A DNA stretch of 64,000 nt from a bacterium. GTDB lineage: Bacteria > UBA8248 > JACPRG01 > G963555815. A program made the position numbers and the translations under genes. Below are positions 58,490-64,000 of the stretch, in pieces; positions within the stretch are counted from its first letter, which is position 1; every line of letters starts with the position of its first letter. Under the pieces are notes generated by a model. It was not told the DNA's origin and did no database searches. It was given only the letters and a program-made list of their open reading frames with translations. Where the stretch lies: the NCBI GenBank assembly GCA_965218795.1, contig OZ244653.1, positions 832,001 through 896,000 of the forward strand, written 5' to 3'.

Positions 58490-59202
58490 CTACTGCCGGT
58501 CCCAAAGCGACCATACGCCGCGGGTTTTAGCCAGACGCACCGCATCGCTCACATTCTGCGGCTTTTGGTCTCGCTGGATTCTCAAGAGCTGGCCGGGATA
58601 GATCAGATCGGGATCCACAATTCGACCCCGATTGGCCTCGTGCAACAGCGGCCACTTGAATGGGTCATGATAAACTTGAGAGTATCCGGAAACTTTTCAG
58701 AGGCTCTCGCCGACCTGGCACGATGGATGTCCGGACGCGCCGTTTGACCCTCCGGGTCGCGGCAGGCTTCCGGACGGACAACCTTCACGACGGCCACCTG
58801 CATGGCTTGAGACGTGACAGGCTGAGGATCGGTTTTCTTCTCATCAGGCGATTGGAGCGCCAATTCCTCCGCCCTCAGAACCATGCATCTCGCCTCCATA
58901 GTGTTTCTTTTCGTCCGCTTGTACGCCGATGTCTCCACGTCCTGAATGGACCGGTCGTACAGCTGCGTCGCCAGCATGTACTCCACGGACGCCCTTTTTT
59001 CCGCGCCTGCCGCACGGGCGGCCGTAATTGCGACATTCGCGCCGGCCATATCTTGGACGGGCGGCCGGTCGCAGGCAACCAAAATCAATGCGCTGCGAAG
59101 AAGGAGACACGGAGGACGGTGGAAAGGAGGTGATGGATGACTCTCTGGAATCCTGATGCGCGTCGGGCCACGGGGGACCTTTCCGCCGGTCCCTGCCGAC
59201 AA
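58490..59202 (-). pseudogene. disrupted DUF4398 + LysM lipoprotein gene
   Basis: Frame 1 gives lipobox LVAC and a DUF4398-like helix (AITAARAAGAEKRA..EY..A). After a frameshift near 58720, frame 2 reads QVGESL*KVSGYSQVYHDPFKWPLLHEANRGRIVDPDLIYPGQLLRI...DRQ* (LysM), with TGA at 58697-58699 where W is expected. The 5' boundary is uncertain. Confidence 0.82.
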
Positions 59203-59251
59203 CTTTCGGACGGCCCGGAAACGGGCCGTTCCGCGAATTCAACGGTTCTCG

Positions 59252-59279
59252 AATATAGGTCCCATCCGGATTTCGTCAA
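59252..59279 (-). promoter_or_regulatory. sigma70-type promoter upstream of pseudogene-era-recO
   Basis: TTGACG-N16-TATATT in the prpE-pseudogene spacer. Confidence 0.55.
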
Positions 59280-59333
59280 GCCCCCGACCCGGAGGAAGGC
59301 GATCCGCCTCACAATAACCGACGAATCTCTCCC

Positions 59334-61256
59334 CTAGAGCTTCTTCCTAGCGTAGCCGATTTCTTTCAGCAAATCCGTGATCTCATCCAGGATCGCCGGG
59401 TCGTCGATCGTCGCGGGCGCCTTGTATTCATCCCCGTCGGCAATCTTGTGCATCGTGCCGCGAAGGATCTTTCCCGAGCGGGTCTTCGGCAGACGGTTCG
59501 CAACGGCGGCGGTCTTGAACGCCGCGACCGGGCCAATCTTCTCCCGGACGAGCAGAACGGCTTCCTTGACGATCTCATCGTGGGGCCGGTCGACGCCGGC
59601 CTTCAGCACGACCAGTCCCAAAGGCACCTGCCCTTTCAAGTCGTCGGCCGCACCGATGACCGCGCATTCGGCGATGTCCGGATGAGACGCCAGAACCTCT
59701 TCCATCGCTCCCGTCGACAACCGATGCCCGGCCACGTTGATGATGTCGTCTGTTCTCGACATGACGTAGACGTAACCGTCCTCGTCCACGAATCCGGCAT
59801 CCCCCGTCTTATAAAAACCGGGGAATTCCTCCAGATAGGACGCGCGGTAGCCTTCATCGTTGTTCCACAGGGTCGGCAGGCTTCCCGGCGGCAGCGGGAG
59901 CTTCACGACCAGGGCCCCGATCCGTCCCCGCTTCACCTCCCGGTTTTTCTCATCGACCACCCGCACATCCCATCCTGGCGCGGGCTTCGTGGGAGAACCG
60001 GCTTTGACGGGCAGTCGCTCCAGTCCCATGCAGTTGGCGCAGATGGACCATCCCGTCTCCGTCTGCCACCAGTGATCGATAACCGGCACACCGAGGCGAT
60101 CCTCCGCCCAGTAAAGCGTATCCGGGTCGCACCGCTCCCCGGCCAGAAAGAGGATATTGAACCCTGACAGGTCATACTTGCGGATGTGCTTTCCGTCGGG
60201 GTCTTCCTTCTTGATGGCCCGGAAGGCCGTAGGCGCGGTGAACATGGACCGGACGCCGTGCTGGGAAATCACCCGCCAAAACGCCCCGGCATCTGGGGTG
60301 CCGACCGGCTTGCCCTCATACAGAACGGTTGTGCAGCCGTGAAAGAGCGGGCCGTATACGATGTAGGAGTGTCCGACCACCCAACCGATGTCCGACGCCG
60401 CCCAGTAGACGTCGCCCGGATCGACCTGATAAATGTTTTTCATGCTCCATTTGAGGGCGACTGCATGTCCCCCGTTGTCCCGCACAATGCCCTTCGGCTG
60501 CCCGGTCGTGCCGGAGGTGTAGAGAATGTAGAGGGGGTCCGTTGCGGCCAGCGGAAGGCAATCCCGGGGCGTCGCCCCATCCATCGCCTCCTCCCACTCC
60601 ACGTCCCGGCCGGTGATGAGGCCGCATTTCTCCACGGTCCGCTGGACGATGATGCAGCGTTCCGGCCTGGACGAAGACGTTTCCACCGCTTCATCCAGCA
60701 AAGGCTTGTAGGGAATGATCCGGTTCACCTCGATCCCGCATGAGGCGGAAACGATCACCCTGGGCTTGGCGTCGTCGATCCGCGTGGCGAGTTCACGCGC
60801 GGCAAACCCGCCAAACACCACGGAATGGATGGCGCCGATCCGCGCGCAAGCCAGCATGGCGACGACCGCCTCCGGAATCATCGGCATGTAGATAAGGACC
60901 CGGTCCCCTTTTCCCACCCCCTGGGCGGCGAGGGCTCCGGCAAACAGAGCGGTCTCATCAAGGAGCTCGGCGTAGGTGTACCGCCGGACGGTGTCGGTGA
61001 CGGGGCTGTCGTAGATGAGGGCATCCTGTCCGCCCCGCCCTTCGTCGACGTGACGGTCGAGCGCATTGTAACAGGTGTTGATCTCCCCGCCGCCGAACCA
61101 GCGGTAGTATGGCGCGCGGGAGTCGTCCAGAATCCGCTCCGATTTCTTGTACCAGTGGAGATCCTCCGCGGCCTCCGCCCAGAACCCCTCGGGCCGCGAG
61201 AGGGATCGCTCATAAGCCTGTTCGTAAGCGCCTGTCACCTTCAGGGTTCCTTTCAC
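59334..61256 (-). CDS. prpE: propionyl-CoA synthetase / acyl-CoA synthetase (Acs/PrpE family)
   Basis: NTCYNALDRH, HSVVFGGF, YILYTSGTTGQPKG, DHWWQTETG, PKTRSGKILR. Confidence 0.88.
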   Translation of the reverse strand: MKGTLKVTGAYEQAYERSLSRPEGFWAEAAEDLHWYKKSERILDDSRAPYYRWFGGGEINTCYNALDRHVDEGRGGQDALIYDSPVTDTVRRYTYAELLDETALFAGALAAQGVGKGDRVLIYMPMIPEAVVAMLACARIGAIHSVVFGGFAARELATRIDDAKPRVIVSASCGIEVNRIIPYKPLLDEAVETSSSRPERCIIVQRTVEKCGLITGRDVEWEEAMDGATPRDCLPLAATDPLYILYTSGTTGQPKGIVRDNGGHAVALKWSMKNIYQVDPGDVYWAASDIGWVVGHSYIVYGPLFHGCTTVLYEGKPVGTPDAGAFWRVISQHGVRSMFTAPTAFRAIKKEDPDGKHIRKYDLSGFNILFLAGERCDPDTLYWAEDRLGVPVIDHWWQTETGWSICANCMGLERLPVKAGSPTKPAPGWDVRVVDEKNREVKRGRIGALVVKLPLPPGSLPTLWNNDEGYRASYLEEFPGFYKTGDAGFVDEDGYVYVMSRTDDIINVAGHRLSTGAMEEVLASHPDIAECAVIGAADDLKGQVPLGLVVLKAGVDRPHDEIVKEAVLLVREKIGPVAAFKTAAVANRLPKTRSGKILRGTMHKIADGDEYKAPATIDDPAILDEITDLLKEIGYARKKL

Positions 61257-63034
61257 TCGAGTAGATCGATCCCCAGTTCGCGGAGCTGCTTCTCCTCGAC
61301 GTTGGAAGGGGCATCCGTCATCAGGTCCAGGGCCCGCTGGGTTTTCGGAAACGCGATGACGTCCCGGATGGAGTCGACACCGGCCAGGATGGCGACGATC
61401 CGATCAAGCCCCAGGGCGATTCCGCCGTGGGGCGGAGTCCCGTACTCGAGAGCCTCGAGGAAAAACCCGAACTTCTCCTTGGCCTCCTCCTCCGACAGGC
61501 CCAGGGCGTCAAACATTTTCCTCTGGATTTCCCGCGTATGAATCCGGATGCTGCCCCCTCCAATCTCCTGTCCGTTGAGCACCAGGTCGTAGGCCAGTGC
61601 CCGGATTTTCCCCGGTCTCGAATCGAACAGCGGGACGTCCTCGGGCCGCGGCATGGTAAAGGGATGATGGACGGCCTGATACCGCTTCCCCTCCTCATCC
61701 CATTCCAGAAGCGGGAAGTCCGTTACCCAGCAGAACTTGAACTGGCCGGGTTCCGCCACATTGAGACGCCTCCCGACGTGGAGCCGGAGAGCGCCCAGCG
61801 CTTCGTTGGTGACATTCGGCCGATCGGCGACCATCAGGAGAAGGTCGCCGGGGCTCGCCTCCAATGCGGCAATCAGCCCGTCGAGGACTTCCCCGGAAAA
61901 AAACTTGGCGATGGGCGAATTGAGTCCTGTTTCCTCCAGCTTCATCCAGGCCAGCCCCCCGGCCCCCTGCTCGATCGCGAACCGGGTCAGGTCGTCCAGG
62001 TCCTTCCGCGACGATGAGGCCATCCCGGGCGCGGCGAACCCTTTGATCGTGCCGCCGGATTCCAGGACCTTCCGGAAGACGCCAAACTCCGTATCCTTCA
62101 CGACCTCCGTTACGTCCGTCAGCGTGAGGCCGAAGCGGAGGTCCGGCTTGTCTGAGCCGTACCTTCCCATGGCCTCCTCGTATGTGAACCGCTGGAACGG
62201 CGTTTCCACGTCCAATCCGATACACTCGCGGAAGAGTTTCTTCATCAGCCGTTCGTTCACGTCATAGACGTCCTCGCGGTCGACGAAGGACATCTCTACG
62301 TCCACCTGGGTAAACTCCGGCTGGCGGTCGGCGCGGAGGTCTTCATCGCGAAAGCAGCGGACGATCTGAACGTATCGGTCAAATCCGGAGATCATGAACA
62401 GCTGCTTGAAAATCTGCGGAGACTGGGGCAAGGCGTAGAATTTGCCCCGGTTGACCCGGCTGGGGACCAAGTAATCCCTTGCCCCTTCGGGCGTGCTTTT
62501 GGTCAAGACCGGCGTTTCCAGCTCGACAAACCCCTCTTCGTCAAAAAAGGAGCGGATGATCTGATTGGCCTTGTGGCGGAGCAGGAGGTTCTGCTGCATC
62601 ATCGGACGGCGGAGGTCCAAAAAGCGGTATTTCATCCGCACCGCATCGGATACCTCGGCATCGTCTTCGATCGTGAACGGGGGTGTTTTGGACTCGTTGA
62701 GGATCCACAGGTCGGTCGCGCGAACCTCCACTTCCCCTGTCGGAAGTCTCGGGTTGAGGTTCTCATCGGGTCTGGGGGCCACCTGACCGCGGACCGCCAG
62801 AACGTATTCGCCACGGACCGTCTCCGCCGCCCGGTGGGCTTCCTCCGACACGGCCGGGTCGACCGCGATCTGCAACAGACCCTTCCGGTCGCGCAGGTCG
62901 ATGAAGATGAGGCCGCCGTGGTCACGGGCCGCATGAACCCATCCCTTGACCACCACCGTCTGCCCTTCGTGCTCTCGCCGAAGATCGCCGCATCGGTGCG
63001 ACCGGGCGGGAATGGCTTCATTCATGAAATCCAA
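61253..63034 (-). CDS. aspS: aspartate--tRNA ligase (possibly non-discriminating)
   Basis: RDHGGLIFIDLRD, TPEGARDYLVPSR, LPQSPQ, FRDEDLRADRQPEFTQ, GAD insert, PPHGGIALGLDR. His in RDHGG is typical of non-discriminating enzymes. Alternative start ATG 63025. Confidence 0.98.
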   Translation of the reverse strand: MDFMNEAIPARSHRCGDLRREHEGQTVVVKGWVHAARDHGGLIFIDLRDRKGLLQIAVDPAVSEEAHRAAETVRGEYVLAVRGQVAPRPDENLNPRLPTGEVEVRATDLWILNESKTPPFTIEDDAEVSDAVRMKYRFLDLRRPMMQQNLLLRHKANQIIRSFFDEEGFVELETPVLTKSTPEGARDYLVPSRVNRGKFYALPQSPQIFKQLFMISGFDRYVQIVRCFRDEDLRADRQPEFTQVDVEMSFVDREDVYDVNERLMKKLFRECIGLDVETPFQRFTYEEAMGRYGSDKPDLRFGLTLTDVTEVVKDTEFGVFRKVLESGGTIKGFAAPGMASSSRKDLDDLTRFAIEQGAGGLAWMKLEETGLNSPIAKFFSGEVLDGLIAALEASPGDLLLMVADRPNVTNEALGALRLHVGRRLNVAEPGQFKFCWVTDFPLLEWDEEGKRYQAVHHPFTMPRPEDVPLFDSRPGKIRALAYDLVLNGQEIGGGSIRIHTREIQRKMFDALGLSEEEAKEKFGFFLEALEYGTPPHGGIALGLDRIVAILAGVDSIRDVIAFPKTQRALDLMTDAPSNVEEKQLRELGIDLLE

Positions 63035-63075
63035 ATCCTGTGTGCGTCGAGGGGATCATAGGTTCCCGGCTCGCT

Positions 63076-63588
63076 TCAGAAAAAAAGGAACGGTTGAGCT
63101 TGAACCGTCCAATGATGCGGTGTTTCGCTTCCCGGTCCGAGCCGTTCGAGGGCGGACTTGAGACCCTCGAGAATACGCGCGCCGTCCTTCCCGCGCAGGC
63201 CGGAGACGCCCCGCCCGATTGGGACCCACGTGTTGTTGTGCTTCACTTCAAGCCATTGCCGATCAACTCCCATATGAACGATTTGGCGAATCAGCCGGGC
63301 CCGCTGCAGATCCTGAAATCGAAGACCGCGCCGTATATCCGTCGAACGGCAGGAATTCATGTCGACCCATGAGACTCCGGCCCGGCCGAGTTCGAGGGTT
63401 TCGGGACATGTAACTCCTTTCGACAGATACCGCCTCAATTCGATCAATGCCTGGTCCTGGGGGCTCTTTGTCAACAAGGCGGCGATCGGATCCGGCTGGG
63501 CTTTCGGCGGCCTCCCGCAACCCGACACCCATCCCGCAAGCATCAGCAAACTAACGCTCAACCCAATCTTCACAATTCGGTGCCTCAT
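63076..63588 (-). CDS. hypothetical lipoprotein
   Basis: GGAGG RBS; MRHRIVK plus hydrophobic stretch plus VSGC lipobox; no family recognised. Confidence 0.7.
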   Translation of the reverse strand: MRHRIVKIGLSVSLLMLAGWVSGCGRPPKAQPDPIAALLTKSPQDQALIELRRYLSKGVTCPETLELGRAGVSWVDMNSCRSTDIRRGLRFQDLQRARLIRQIVHMGVDRQWLEVKHNNTWVPIGRGVSGLRGKDGARILEGLKSALERLGPGSETPHHWTVQAQPFLFF

Positions 63589-63758
63589 GACTTCCTCCAC
63601 CAGCGTCCGAGCCGACCTCGCGTGTCAATGCTTCTGAATGTTATCCACGGCGGGGTAGGCTGGCAAGCCCACGCCCGCCTCTTTCCTCAATCATGAATTG
63701 TTCCCCGTTTCGGACCCATGTTATAAGGTGAGGCTGAATCGTCATTGCGGCGGAAGAT

Positions 63759-64000
63759 ATGACGACCCCATTCTTTCATATGGCCTTGGGCCTCCTGACC
63801 GGGATACTCCTGACCTCGGCACAGGGCCCCCTCGCGGTGAAAATCGTTTGGGCGGCGCTGATGGTCGGGTGTTACGCCTTCCACCTCCAGCCCCGGGACA
63901 ACCGCCTTTTTGCCCGCGCCACCCTTGCAACATTCGGAATCGGCGTGGTTCTCCATCTGCTGAACCTGGGATTCGGCGGGGGGAACGCCGGGTTGCCGGA
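63759..64000 (+). CDS. N-terminus of a membrane protein, truncated by window edge (possibly ComEC/Rec2-like)
   Basis: Not in the track because there is no stop. MTTPFFHMALGLLTGILL...IVWAALMVGC...ATFGIGVVLHLL gives three hydrophobic helices resembling ComEC N-termini; the family call is tentative. Confidence 0.55.
   Translation, partial: MTTPFFHMALGLLTGILLTSAQGPLAVKIVWAALMVGCYAFHLQPRDNRLFARATLATFGIGVVLHLLNLGFGGGNAGLP

Noticed and set aside
58697-58699. TGA recoding (Trp or Sec) in the LysM frame
   Set aside because: TGA is used as a normal stop throughout the window and the same gene also has a frameshift, so pseudogenisation is simpler.
63687-63956. 89-aa minus-strand ORF at the window end
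   Set aside because: Shadow of the + strand membrane-protein ORF starting at 63759.

Overview
A gene-dense, high-GC (roughly 60%) core-chromosome segment of a diderm bacterium. Gene order resembles Nitrospinota/Tectomicrobia/Nitrospirota/Desulfobacterota-type genomes; that placement is an impression, not a test. Almost all genes are on the minus strand. In transcription order: lipoprotein-aspS-prpE, a decayed DUF4398-LysM gene, era-recO-argS, lipA-hom-thrC-apgM-like-lysC-cimA-glyQS-ppdK, ribD-ribE-ribBA-ribH-nusB-leuS-lptE-holA, rpsT (+), murJ-xerD-phoH-7TM/HD-ybeY-HIT-lapA-mutS, an NtrY-like kinase, a REC-AAA+-HTH-LpxC fusion, purMN, rhomboid-lolA-rseP-ispG-proS, rimP-nusA-infB-DUF503-rbfA-truB-rpsO-pnp, and a PHP protein cut by the window edge. 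I saw no tRNA, rRNA, CRISPR, IS or prophage. The standout is a single ORF of about 730 aa. It joins an NtrX-like response regulator (intact phospho-site and HTH, catalytically degenerate sigma54-type AAA+ domain) to a full LpxC with all Zn/catalytic motifs, directly behind its cognate NtrY-like sensor kinase. Nearby lapA has no adjacent lapB. Together this suggests direct two-component control of the committed step of lipid A synthesis (inference). Secondary observations: an ApgM-like protein lacking its first metal-binding Asp sits in a thrB-less threonine operon; argS contains an 80-bp 26%-GC tract; two intergenic regions are GGA-rich; and there is a multi-lesion LysM pseudogene.
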